The notes under the pieces are model-generated. The model was not told the DNA's origin. It made no database searches and was given only the letters and a program-made list of their open reading frames with translations. Shown piece by piece: positions 28,932 through 38,731 of a stretch of DNA of 64,000 bases. Position 1 is the first letter of the stretch. Each line of letters opens with the position of its first letter. Origin of the DNA: Bacteroides sp. (lineage in GTDB: Bacteria > Bacteroidota > Bacteroidia > Bacteroidales > Bacteroidaceae); NCBI GenBank assembly GCA_017472925.1, contig JAFUNS010000001.1, positions 39,376-103,375 on the forward strand, written 5' to 3'. A program made the translations under genes and the position numbers.

Positions 28932-30920
28932 ATGAGAACAAATCTATCTTCACAAATTGCGTTGAACCGTGTTTCAACCAAATATTATAAGCCGGAAAAT
29001 GCAGTTGAACGTTCGGTATTGACCCGTTTCGAAAAGATTCCGACCGATATCTTCGGTAGCATGGAAGAGGGGGTAGTATGGGTAGCCGATAAGATAACTG
29101 CCAAGATTAAGGAAAAGCAACGCGATGGCAAGTTCTGTGTGATTGCTGCCGGTATCGGCACTTCATTACGAGCCTTGTATGCCGAGTTGGTTCGTCGTCA
29201 CAAGGAAGAAGGACTGAGCTTTAGAAATGTAGTGATTTTCAACCTACACGAATTCTACCCGTTGCGCGAAGATATGTCTAATAGCTGTTTCAAGCAATTA
29301 AGTGCCATGTTGCTTGACCAAGTGGATATTGACAAGCAGAACGTGTTTACCATTGACGGTACCATTCCTCAGGAATCCATTATGGAATATTGTTCGTTGT
29401 ATGAACAGCGCATCGCAACATTCGGTGGCCTGGACATTTTGCTCACAGGTGTCGGTTTCGCAGGTAACATTGCCATGAATGGTGCCGGTTCTCAACTGAA
29501 TTCGCCCACTCGTCTAATCTTGATAGATACAAATACTCGTGCCGAAGAAGCACATAACTTAGGGGTAGACAATTTGCCTCCTTGTGCCATCACTATGGGT
29601 ATCTCGACCTTGTTGTCGGCCAAGAATGCCTATCTGTTGGCTTGGGGTGACGACCGTGCAGACATTATCCGCAAGGCAGTGGAAGAAAAAGTGAACGATA
29701 CAGTTCCTGCTTCTTACTTGCAAATGCATGCCAAGGCAAAGGTCTGTGTGGATTTAGCAGCTGCTTCGCATCTGACTCGTATCCAACGTCCATGGTTGGT
29801 AACCAACTGCGAATGGAATGACAAACTCATCCGTTGTGCCATTGTATGGCTTTGCCAACGCTTGCAAAAACCTATCTTGAAACTGACCAATAAAGACTAT
29901 AACGAAAACGGTTTGAGTGAATTGGTGGCACTCTATGGTTCGGCTTATAATGTAAACATCAAGATATTCAATGACTTGCAACATACTATTACCGGTTGGC
30001 CGGGTGGTAAACCAAATGCTGATGATACTTATCGTCCCGAACGTGCATTGCCTTATCCAAAACGTGTTGTAGTTTTCTCTCCACATCCCGACGATGATGT
30101 GATCTCTATGGGTGGTACATTGAGAAGACTGGTACAACAAGGTCACGATGTACATGTGGCTTACGAAACATCAGGTAACATTGCCGTAGGCGACGAAGAA
30201 GTGGTACGCTTCATGCACTTTATCAACGGATTCAACCAATTGTTCGATGGTGGTAACAATGCCTGTATCAAGGATAAGTATGCCGAAATCAAGCAGTTCT
30301 TGAAGGAAAAGAAGGAAGGCGATATGGACAATCGCGATATCCTGACCATCAAAGGATTGATTCGTAGAGGAGAAGCTCGCACAGCTTGTACCTTCAATCA
30401 GATTCCGTTGGATCATTGCCATTTCCTGGATTTACCTTTCTACGAAACCGGTAAGATTGAAAAGAATCCAATCAGTGAGCCGGATGTGGAAATCGTACTC
30501 GATTTGCTTCGCACCGTGAAACCTCATCAGATTTATGTAGCTGGTGACTTGGCCGACCCGCACGGCACTCACCGTGTATGTACCGATGCCGTATTGGCTG
30601 CTATCGATATTGAAAAACAGAACGATGCCGAATGGTTGAAGTATTGTAAGATTTGGATGTATCGTGGTGCATGGGCAGAATGGGAAATCGAAAACATCGA
30701 AATGGTAGTTCCGTTCAGTCCGGAAGAACTCCGTGCAAAGCGTAATTCCATTCTCAAGCATCAGTCACAAATGGAAAGTGCACCGTTCTTGGGTAACGAC
30801 GAACGCCTCTTCTGGCAACGTAGTGAAGACCGTAACCGAGGAACAGCCAACTTGTATAACCAATTAGGTTTGGCCAGTTACGAAGCCATGGAAGCTTTCG
30901 TGGAATATAAACCACTATAA
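28932..30920 (+). CDS. NagB-like domain fused to PIG-L/LmbE-type deacetylase domain
   Basis: Degenerate NagB N-terminus (FNLHEFYP, GVGFAGNIAMNGAGS); C-terminal FSPHPDDDVISMGGT and DPHGTH. Confidence 0.88.
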   Translation: MRTNLSSQIALNRVSTKYYKPENAVERSVLTRFEKIPTDIFGSMEEGVVWVADKITAKIKEKQRDGKFCVIAAGIGTSLRALYAELVRRHKEEGLSFRNVVIFNLHEFYPLREDMSNSCFKQLSAMLLDQVDIDKQNVFTIDGTIPQESIMEYCSLYEQRIATFGGLDILLTGVGFAGNIAMNGAGSQLNSPTRLILIDTNTRAEEAHNLGVDNLPPCAITMGISTLLSAKNAYLLAWGDDRADIIRKAVEEKVNDTVPASYLQMHAKAKVCVDLAAASHLTRIQRPWLVTNCEWNDKLIRCAIVWLCQRLQKPILKLTNKDYNENGLSELVALYGSAYNVNIKIFNDLQHTITGWPGGKPNADDTYRPERALPYPKRVVVFSPHPDDDVISMGGTLRRLVQQGHDVHVAYETSGNIAVGDEEVVRFMHFINGFNQLFDGGNNACIKDKYAEIKQFLKEKKEGDMDNRDILTIKGLIRRGEARTACTFNQIPLDHCHFLDLPFYETGKIEKNPISEPDVEIVLDLLRTVKPHQIYVAGDLADPHGTHRVCTDAVLAAIDIEKQNDAEWLKYCKIWMYRGAWAEWEIENIEMVVPFSPEELRAKRNSILKHQSQMESAPFLGNDERLFWQRSEDRNRGTANLYNQLGLASYEAMEAFVEYKPL

Positions 30921-30942
30921 AAAGTAAAGAGACTGTGTCTAA

Positions 30943-30980
30943 AAAATAAGTGGATGTATTGAAACACATCCACTTATTTT
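30943..30980. terminator. Bidirectional terminator between convergent genes
   Basis: 15-bp inverted repeat AAAATAAGTGGATGT/ACATCCACTTATTTT. Confidence 0.85.
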
Positions 30981-30985
30981 ATGAA

Positions 30986-33922
30986 TTATTTCACAACGAA
31001 GTCCAAACTCTTCAAATCTTTTTCGAGCGATGAACTACCATACATGATTTGGTAGCGTCCGCTACGGGTAGACAACTCGTCAATGGATGGATCATAATAT
31101 TCAAAAGCTTCGCCATCCAATGTAATAACTGCCTTTCCTTTTTCACCCGGTTTAAGGCTTAATTTGGCAAATCCTTTGAGTGATTTGATAGGTGCTTCCG
31201 GATAATCCAAAGCCTTTACGTATACTTGCACGATTTCTTCTCCTGCACGATTGCCCGTATTGGTTACCGGTATAGTAATGGTTACTTTACCATCGGCCTT
31301 CATAGACGATTTGGATAGTTTTCCTTTACCATATTCAAAGGTAGTGTACGATAATCCATAACCGAAGGCATAAAGGGAAGTACCTCGGAAATAACGATAG
31401 GTACGGTTTTCCATACTATAATCCAAGAAGTCGGGCAAATCATTGTTTGAGGCATAGAATGTTACAGGTAATTTACCCGATGGATTAAAGTCGCCGAACA
31501 ATACTTCGGCAAGTGCCTTTGCACCTCCTTGTCCCGGATACCAGGCTTGTATCAATGCATCATAACAATTCTCTACACTACCGAATGCAATTGGAGAACC
31601 AGAACAGTTTACCATGACTACGGGCTTACCGGTTTCGCGCATGGCTTTCAGCAAGCGACGTTGTACACTGGGTAATTCGATATCAGCCTTGTCGCCACCT
31701 TCTCCTTCCATTTGAGCCGATATACCTCCAATAACTATAATTACGTCTGCTTCCTTTACTTCTGCTTGTAAATCGGTATAATCTACCAAATTGCGTTCGC
31801 AGATTTCACCTCTTAACATGGCAAAGTTTCCGTTGCCTTTCTTGTATTCTATAATCACTTCGTAAGTTTCACCGGCCTTTACAGGGAAGCTCTTGTATTG
31901 CTTGTTACGATTGAAGCCGAAACCACGAGGGCCTCTACCGGTTGCTTCTTCTACAATTTCACCATTTATTTTCAGAAGGTATCCATTGTCTGTAGAAAGA
32001 GTATATTTCATATCACCTGTAAAGTTGGCTACATACTTACCGGTCATTCTTACAGACAAGCTATCGGTACTGATGCCTTTGGCAAATCCCCAAGCACCAA
32101 ATGTAGAGAAATTGATTTCTTTGTAATAGCCGGTTACATTGGGTGTACCTTCCAATTCCTTATTATTATAGAATTCTACAAATAATCCTTTACCATCGTT
32201 GAATTCTCCCAAATGGTCTATGGTGTTGTATTCATCGTCCAATTCACAAGCTTTACGATAGATGATGTTGGCTCTGGGTACGGCTTCGCGGATACCTTTC
32301 AACAACGAATGCTTATGGTTATCGGTTGGAGTACCTCCATAGTTTCCATTCAACAGTTCCACGTCGTCGGCATTAGGACCTACCACGGCAATGGTCTTCA
32401 AACTTTTGGAAAGTGGAAGCACATTGTCATTCTTCAACATGACCAATGATTCACGAGCTGCTTGTATCGCCAAATCATTGAATGCATCGCAACTGATTAC
32501 TTCTTCAGTCAAATTAGCCCAAGGCGACATTTCTGCAGGGTCGAACATACCTAATTCAAAACGTCCGAGCAAGGTTCTACGAAGATGGTCGTCCAAAACC
32601 GATTCTTTTATCATTCCTTTTTCCAAAGCTTCGGTCAACACCATGAATACTTTACCACATTCCAAATCGGTACCATTCAATACGGCATCGACAGAGGCTT
32701 CCAATGGAGTGGCATGTGTTTCATGTTGTCCTTTGTTATAGAAATTGTTGATGGCATCGCAATCGGTCAGCACTATACCGTCAAACCCCCATTTGCGTCG
32801 CAAGATGTCAACCAACAGACGGTCGCTGGTACAACAAGGAATACCTTCGTAGCGATTGTAGGCACACATTACTTCGCGCACATTTCCTTTCTTCACCAAA
32901 GCCTTGAAGGCCGGCAGATAGGTTTCCCACAAATCGCGCATGGATACCGAGGCATCGTAGGTGTGTCTTAAAGGTTCCGGCCCACTATGTACGGCATAGT
33001 GCTTGGCGCATGCATGTGTCTTGAAATATTTGTCATCGTTACCTTGCATACCCAATACGGTCTGTACTCCCAATACGGCATTCAAGTAGGGGTCTTCTCC
33101 GCAAGTTTCCTGACCGCGTCCCCAACGGGGGTCACGGAAGATGTTTACGTTAGGACACCAGAAGGTCAGTTCCGGATTACCCGGGTAATAGATAACTCCC
33201 ATGGGTACGTTGAATACATTATGGTCAGAACGGTTCCAATTGGCTCTTGCTTCGTCCGATACGGTCGAGAATACATCGTAAATCAATTGCTCATTGAAAG
33301 CAGCTGCCATACCGATAGGTTGCGGATATACGGTATATCCATCTTGACGTACACCATGACAAGCTTCGCTCCACCAATTGTACGAAGGAATGCCGAGACG
33401 GTCTACTGAGATGGATTTGTTCATCATCAATCCCACTTTTTCTTCAGGAGTAAGTAGGGAAATCAAATTTTCTACACGTTCTTCGTTGCTTAGGTTGGTG
33501 TCTTGATAAGGATATCCGTTGCGGTTGTCTTCTTCGACTACTACAGCTTTGATGGATAACGCTCCAAGGGTATTCCCTTCTGTATCCAATAACTCAATGC
33601 TTCGAAAAGCTTTCTCAGAAACTTTGTCTGGTGTAAAGGCCAACATCACCTGACCTGATTCGCCTGGTTTGATAGCCTTGTCAGAATAGTGTGCTTGGAC
33701 ACATTCACAACTGGATATCTGCTTTCCTATCTTAATGTCTTTCTTTGACTGGTTTTTGAAAGTAAACGTATGGCACACTGCTCCCTTTTGAGTGCTTATA
33801 GTGCCAAAATCCCATTCATAGGTGTCGAATGCTACATGGCTCTTGTTGTTTTGTGCCGATACGGAAAAGGTGGTACCGAAACCAAACATAGCAATGGCTA
33901 ATAATGTCTTTATAGGTCTCAT
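30986..33922 (-). CDS. GH3 beta-xylosidase (Xyl3A-like, PA14 insert) with N-terminal DUF1573 domain
   Basis: WWSEACHG, RDPRWGRGQET, CAKHYAVHSGPE, LTDCDAI; N-terminal WDFGTI..FTFKN..SSCECV. Confidence 0.9.
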   Translation of the reverse strand: MRPIKTLLAIAMFGFGTTFSVSAQNNKSHVAFDTYEWDFGTISTQKGAVCHTFTFKNQSKKDIKIGKQISSCECVQAHYSDKAIKPGESGQVMLAFTPDKVSEKAFRSIELLDTEGNTLGALSIKAVVVEEDNRNGYPYQDTNLSNEERVENLISLLTPEEKVGLMMNKSISVDRLGIPSYNWWSEACHGVRQDGYTVYPQPIGMAAAFNEQLIYDVFSTVSDEARANWNRSDHNVFNVPMGVIYYPGNPELTFWCPNVNIFRDPRWGRGQETCGEDPYLNAVLGVQTVLGMQGNDDKYFKTHACAKHYAVHSGPEPLRHTYDASVSMRDLWETYLPAFKALVKKGNVREVMCAYNRYEGIPCCTSDRLLVDILRRKWGFDGIVLTDCDAINNFYNKGQHETHATPLEASVDAVLNGTDLECGKVFMVLTEALEKGMIKESVLDDHLRRTLLGRFELGMFDPAEMSPWANLTEEVISCDAFNDLAIQAARESLVMLKNDNVLPLSKSLKTIAVVGPNADDVELLNGNYGGTPTDNHKHSLLKGIREAVPRANIIYRKACELDDEYNTIDHLGEFNDGKGLFVEFYNNKELEGTPNVTGYYKEINFSTFGAWGFAKGISTDSLSVRMTGKYVANFTGDMKYTLSTDNGYLLKINGEIVEEATGRGPRGFGFNRNKQYKSFPVKAGETYEVIIEYKKGNGNFAMLRGEICERNLVDYTDLQAEVKEADVIIVIGGISAQMEGEGGDKADIELPSVQRRLLKAMRETGKPVVMVNCSGSPIAFGSVENCYDALIQAWYPGQGGAKALAEVLFGDFNPSGKLPVTFYASNNDLPDFLDYSMENRTYRYFRGTSLYAFGYGLSYTTFEYGKGKLSKSSMKADGKVTITIPVTNTGNRAGEEIVQVYVKALDYPEAPIKSLKGFAKLSLKPGEKGKAVITLDGEAFEYYDPSIDELSTRSGRYQIMYGSSSLEKDLKSLDFVVK

Positions 33923-33961
33923 ATAATCTGTTTTTATTTATTTTTACTTCGGATATGAATA

Positions 33962-35785
33962 TTACAACGCAAGCAATGCTTTCTCAAGAGCTTCGATACG
34001 TTGTGGCCAGTTGCTGAAATCATCAGCTTTCAGGCAAATACCTTCACCAGCTTCCTTTGCAACAACAATGCGGCAAGGTTTGCATTGACCTTGTTCAATC
34101 AGTCTGTCTGCCATGCTATTGGCATTACCTATTTTCATCCAACTTTCAGCGGTGTCATTCTTACCGATAACCAAAGTGAGGGTTGGAGCATCTTCGGGTG
34201 TATCTGGATGAGTATATTCGGCTGTACCTTCTGCATAATGATAGCAAACGGTTCCATGCTTCATTTTGGGTGATGTAAACATATAGTATTTGTTTTGCAT
34301 ACCATAGGCAACGCTACGTTTGAATCCCTTTTCGGGAGCTAAGTACATGTTTTGTGGGTCGCACACTTGAGTACCATCTACATTGAAGTGATAACAGAAA
34401 ATCTGGTCGGCTACATTGGGCAAAACAATACTCCATACACCGTTGCTATCTTTTTCCATGGTCAAAGGCTTGTCGCTCAGTTCATATTCTAAAGTAACCG
34501 TGGAGGCATTGGGCGCTTTCATGCGGAAAGTGACATCAGCTCCGTTGTATTCCGGAGAAATGATAGGCTTGGGGAACAAACGGGCCATTACTCCTGGGGT
34601 GAAAGGTTGTTCATCACCTTTCTTGGGCTTGGTAGGAGTGGCTTGATTCATGGCTTCTTCGGATGCTTCGGGATTGAAAAGCAATGGTAAAGTCTTATCG
34701 AGGAAATAGCGGGCATTCATCCATGTATGACCGAATTTGTCGTCTGTATATTCCTTGATGCAGGTGATTCCTTTTTGATCGAGGAATTCTGTATAATCGC
34801 GGGCAGTTCCATAGAGGAAATCGTCGGTACCTACACCTGTCCACAAAAGGCGAATCTGTTGGTTGGTTTGTTCGGCATTGTCGTATACATCAGGTATTTG
34901 AGTAGAGGTAAACGAACTGTATGAACATAGATAAGCAAACTTGTCCAAGTTATGAAGCCCGTTTGACAAGCCTTGGTTACCACCTCTCGAAAATCCACCG
35001 ATGGCACGACTCTCACGGTCATTTAGGGTACGATATCGACTTTCGATAAAAGGCATCAAATCGTTTACCAAATCGTTGGAAAAAACATCTTGTCCAAAGT
35101 TTGTCATTGGCATTCCTTGATTGGGTTGTACAGGCAATAGTTTGTTGGGATTACCATAGGGTAAAACAACAATCATTTCCTTGGCTTTCCCTTTGGCTAT
35201 CAAGTTGTCTGCTATGTAGTTTATCTTACCTACTTTGTAGTATACTTCTTCGGTATCGGTAGTGCCGCTAATTAGATAGAATACAGGATATTTTTTTTCT
35301 ACGTCTGTATTATAAGAAGGTGGAAGATATACCACGGCTGTATTTGTACCTCCCAAACTCTCGGAGTAATAGTGAACGTATTCCATACACCCATGTGGTA
35401 CTTCTTGAGCATCGTGTATCAAAGCTCCTTGAGGCGATGGTATATTCAGCAAACTGTTCTTGAAACCTTCGTTAGGAAAATATTCGTTGCACATGGGGTC
35501 CATTATACTTACTCCATCCACTTCGTAGTGATATGGGTAAAGATCAGGTGCGGCCGGTCCTAAAGTGATTGTCCATAGACCTGTAATGCTATCGCGGGTC
35601 ATCTTGTGTTTCCCGGCAAATTGTACGTCTACAAACACCTCTTCGGCGTGATTGTTTTGGTAGCGGAAAGTTACTGTTCCGTCCTCGTTTACTACAGTTG
35701 ATTGCATTTCGTTAGTCGGTTGGCTACAAGCAGTCATCAATGCTCCTAAGCATACCGTCCACAAAGTTCTTTTTACTTTTTTCAT
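33962..35785 (-). CDS. CE1-type esterase lipoprotein with two CBM48-like domains
   Basis: Lipobox MTAC; VTFRY/VTFRM Ig-like modules; VYLPPSY, GGFSRGG nucleophile elbow, GHTW. Confidence 0.85.
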   Translation of the reverse strand: MKKVKRTLWTVCLGALMTACSQPTNEMQSTVVNEDGTVTFRYQNNHAEEVFVDVQFAGKHKMTRDSITGLWTITLGPAAPDLYPYHYEVDGVSIMDPMCNEYFPNEGFKNSLLNIPSPQGALIHDAQEVPHGCMEYVHYYSESLGGTNTAVVYLPPSYNTDVEKKYPVFYLISGTTDTEEVYYKVGKINYIADNLIAKGKAKEMIVVLPYGNPNKLLPVQPNQGMPMTNFGQDVFSNDLVNDLMPFIESRYRTLNDRESRAIGGFSRGGNQGLSNGLHNLDKFAYLCSYSSFTSTQIPDVYDNAEQTNQQIRLLWTGVGTDDFLYGTARDYTEFLDQKGITCIKEYTDDKFGHTWMNARYFLDKTLPLLFNPEASEEAMNQATPTKPKKGDEQPFTPGVMARLFPKPIISPEYNGADVTFRMKAPNASTVTLEYELSDKPLTMEKDSNGVWSIVLPNVADQIFCYHFNVDGTQVCDPQNMYLAPEKGFKRSVAYGMQNKYYMFTSPKMKHGTVCYHYAEGTAEYTHPDTPEDAPTLTLVIGKNDTAESWMKIGNANSMADRLIEQGQCKPCRIVVAKEAGEGICLKADDFSNWPQRIEALEKALLAL

Positions 35786-35998
35786 GTCATTAAGATTATA
35801 GATTCTTTTCCATTCATAATTTGCTTCAAAGTTACATTTATTAATTGGTAGCCCACCTATGCCGATGTTACATATTCCTTTGTCTATGCATCAAAATGCA
35901 CTCTATAGTCCTTTTTGTGCACCGAATTCTGTAAAATACCATTTAAAATGTGGTGAAGAAAAAGAGAATGGTTATCTTTGTAGAAAATAACGGAACAA

Positions 35999-37375
35999 AT
36001 GATAGAATGGTTGATAGCTGCCGCTGTAGGTGCGGTATTAGGATATGTCGTTAGTTGGTTGGTAGCAAGAAGTCAGAAGCAGGTTCTTGCCACCCGGATG
36101 GAAGTGCTTCAGCAACAATTGGAGCAAGTACAATTGCAATCGGACAAGGTTGTACAGGAAATGAATGCGCGGCAAGAAGAAATCAAAGCTGAAGCTCGTA
36201 AACAATTGGAAGTAACGAAGGCCGATGAACAACGGAGAATGACTGAAGCCAAGGCCGAATGGCAAAAACAAACGACTTATGCCCTTGATGCACAGCAAGC
36301 TCGTTTTGATGAAACCATTGCTAAAGTTACTGCTCAAATGAAATCGGCTACTGATGATATGCTGAAGCAACGACAAAAAGAGTTTGCAGAATCCAGTCAT
36401 ACTAATTTGGGACAAATCGTAAATCCTCTTCGAGAGACCATCGATAATATGAAGAAGGCTATGAACGAAAGTACCTTGAAGCAAACTTCAATGAGCAGTG
36501 AGATGAAGGCGAATATTGAGAACATGATGCGTCAGAGCGAAGCTGCCAAGAAGAGTGCCGATGAATTGGCAAGGGTGTTCAAACATGGAAGCAAGGTACA
36601 GGGTGATTGGGGTGAAACCGTACTTGATGAACTCTTGGAATCGCAAGGACTTACTAAAGGTGTACATTATGATATCCAGTCGGTTATCCGCGATGCTGAT
36701 GGTTATGTGGTAAAATCTAATGAGGGAAGCATCATGCGCCCCGATGTAATATTGCATCTCGACCAACGTCGAGAAGTCATTATTGACTCCAAAGTATCGC
36801 TCACTGCTTTTATGGATTATGTCAATGCAGAAGAGGAAGATAAACGCCAACAATACCTTAAGGCGCATATAGATAGCATTCAGAAACATGTGAAAGAACT
36901 TTCGGCCAAGGATTATTCTTCTTATGTTCAACCGCCGAAAGTGAAGATGGATTATGTAATCATGTTCGTACCACATACCGGCGCTTTGTGGACCGCTCTT
37001 CATTCACAGCCCGACCTTTGGCGGAAGGCCATGGAAAAGAATGTATTCATAGCCGACGAGCAAACCTTGTTTGCCGCTCTCCGTATCATCAACCTTACAT
37101 GGACACAGATAGCGCAAGCCCAAAATCATGAAAGGGTATATGCCTTGGCCAATGAAATGCTTGATAGGGTAGGACAGTTCATGAAGAAATACCAAGCCAT
37201 AGGAAAGGCACTTGAAAATGCAACAAAAGCATACGAGGATGGCGAAAAGAAACTTCTCCCTGGCGGACAAAGCATTCTACAAACTTGTGGGAAATTAGAA
37301 AAGTTGGGTGCCAAACAGAGTGATAAGAATCCTCTTCCACAACTTACGGATATTGACGAAATACCTTCTCTCTAA
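35999..37375 (+). CDS. rmuC: DNA recombination protein RmuC
   Basis: N-terminal TM, coiled coil, QGDWGE, RPDVIL..IIDSKVSL, DYVIMFVP; TATCTTTG at 35973-35980. Confidence 0.93.
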   Translation: MIEWLIAAAVGAVLGYVVSWLVARSQKQVLATRMEVLQQQLEQVQLQSDKVVQEMNARQEEIKAEARKQLEVTKADEQRRMTEAKAEWQKQTTYALDAQQARFDETIAKVTAQMKSATDDMLKQRQKEFAESSHTNLGQIVNPLRETIDNMKKAMNESTLKQTSMSSEMKANIENMMRQSEAAKKSADELARVFKHGSKVQGDWGETVLDELLESQGLTKGVHYDIQSVIRDADGYVVKSNEGSIMRPDVILHLDQRREVIIDSKVSLTAFMDYVNAEEEDKRQQYLKAHIDSIQKHVKELSAKDYSSYVQPPKVKMDYVIMFVPHTGALWTALHSQPDLWRKAMEKNVFIADEQTLFAALRIINLTWTQIAQAQNHERVYALANEMLDRVGQFMKKYQAIGKALENATKAYEDGEKKLLPGGQSILQTCGKLEKLGAKQSDKNPLPQLTDIDEIPSL

Positions 37376-37379
37376 ATAA

Positions 37380-37417
37380 TAAATGTCCCACTTCTTGAAA
37401 AGGAAATGGGACATTTT
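37380..37417. terminator. Bidirectional terminator
   Basis: AAAATGTCCCA...TGGGACATTTT between convergent genes. Confidence 0.8.
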
Positions 37418-37437
37418 AGTTCTTTTTCTTATCTATG

Positions 37438-38727
37438 TTAACATTGCTTGTGAGTCATGATGTCTAGAACCAACTTGTCGGTTTCGTTCATCCCTTGTGA
37501 ACCGATGAGGGTAAGGTTGCGGATACTTTGGTCAACATCTTCATCAATGATACCTTCTACCGATGTAACACACTTTCCTTCCATGGCTAATATAGCTGAA
37601 AGTACTGCAGTTGATACTCCACTGGCTAATTTCAATGCACAACTGGGCTTGGCACCGTCGCAAATCATACCGGTAATGTTGGCAATCATATTCTTGACAG
37701 CATAACTTACTTGCTCATAGCCTCCACCCATTAAATAAGTGATACCACAACTTGAGCCTGTAGCCGCTACTACACATCCGCATAGAGCTGATAAGCGACC
37801 CAAACTTTGTTTGATGTAGATTACGGTAAGGTGACTTAGAGTAAGGGCGCGAATCAATTCTTCTTCTGTCTTTTTATGGTCTTCCGCATATACTACCACA
37901 GGGAGTGTAGCGGTAATGCCTTGATTGCCACTACCTGAATTGCTCATGACGGGAATCATGGCACCTGCCATACGTGCATCGCAGGCAGCCGATGTGTACG
38001 AAAGGATATGGGTGAATGTATTGTCGCCCATCATCAAATTGATGTTTTGGCTATTCAGAGTTTTGCCCAACTGATGGCCGTAATTTCCTTTGAAAGAACG
38101 TTCGGCTGCTTTCTTATTCAAGTTACGGGTTTCAAGAATGAATTTGATTTCTTCCAATGGAGCAGTCATGGCAAAATCATACACTTTCTTGAGCGTCAAC
38201 TGAATGTCTTCTGTACTTATATTCGATGAGGCTACCGCTTGTTTGTTCAGCAATATTTCCTCGTCGTTTGCTACATAGACAAAGTGTGTATGACCACCAC
38301 TGATGATGGCGGTTGCTTTCTTACCTTGTGCTTCGCATATGATTTCAATGTACAACTTTTCTTCTATACCTATTTTTAAGGCGATATCGATGGCTTGTGC
38401 ATCAATGAGTTTCTTACCTTCTTCTACAGCTTCCGGGGTGCTGTCTTTCAGTACTTCCAACTGATATTCGCTCTTGCCAATCAATGCACCGAGTGCAATG
38501 GCAATGGGAAGTCCAATCATACCCGTTCCTGGGATACCTACTCCCATGGCATTTTTTAAGATATTGGCACTTAACAAAGCCTTAATTTTCTCGGGCTTGC
38601 AACCCAAGGCTTCGGTTGCTTTGGCTACACAAAGGGCTACAGCGATGGGTTCTGTACAACCAATGGCGGGAACCACTTCGCGATTGATTAAAGCAATGAT
38701 TTGCTCTCTTTCAGCTTTTGCAATCAT
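37438..38727 (-). CDS. UPF0597/YhaM family (serine dehydratase alpha-like, L-cysteine desulfidase)
   Basis: PAIGCTEP, DARMAG, SGSGNQG, LSALCGC, CDGAKPSCALK. Confidence 0.9.
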   Translation of the reverse strand: MIAKAEREQIIALINREVVPAIGCTEPIAVALCVAKATEALGCKPEKIKALLSANILKNAMGVGIPGTGMIGLPIAIALGALIGKSEYQLEVLKDSTPEAVEEGKKLIDAQAIDIALKIGIEEKLYIEIICEAQGKKATAIISGGHTHFVYVANDEEILLNKQAVASSNISTEDIQLTLKKVYDFAMTAPLEEIKFILETRNLNKKAAERSFKGNYGHQLGKTLNSQNINLMMGDNTFTHILSYTSAACDARMAGAMIPVMSNSGSGNQGITATLPVVVYAEDHKKTEEELIRALTLSHLTVIYIKQSLGRLSALCGCVVAATGSSCGITYLMGGGYEQVSYAVKNMIANITGMICDGAKPSCALKLASGVSTAVLSAILAMEGKCVTSVEGIIDEDVDQSIRNLTLIGSQGMNETDKLVLDIMTHKQC

Positions 38728-38731
38728 GGCG

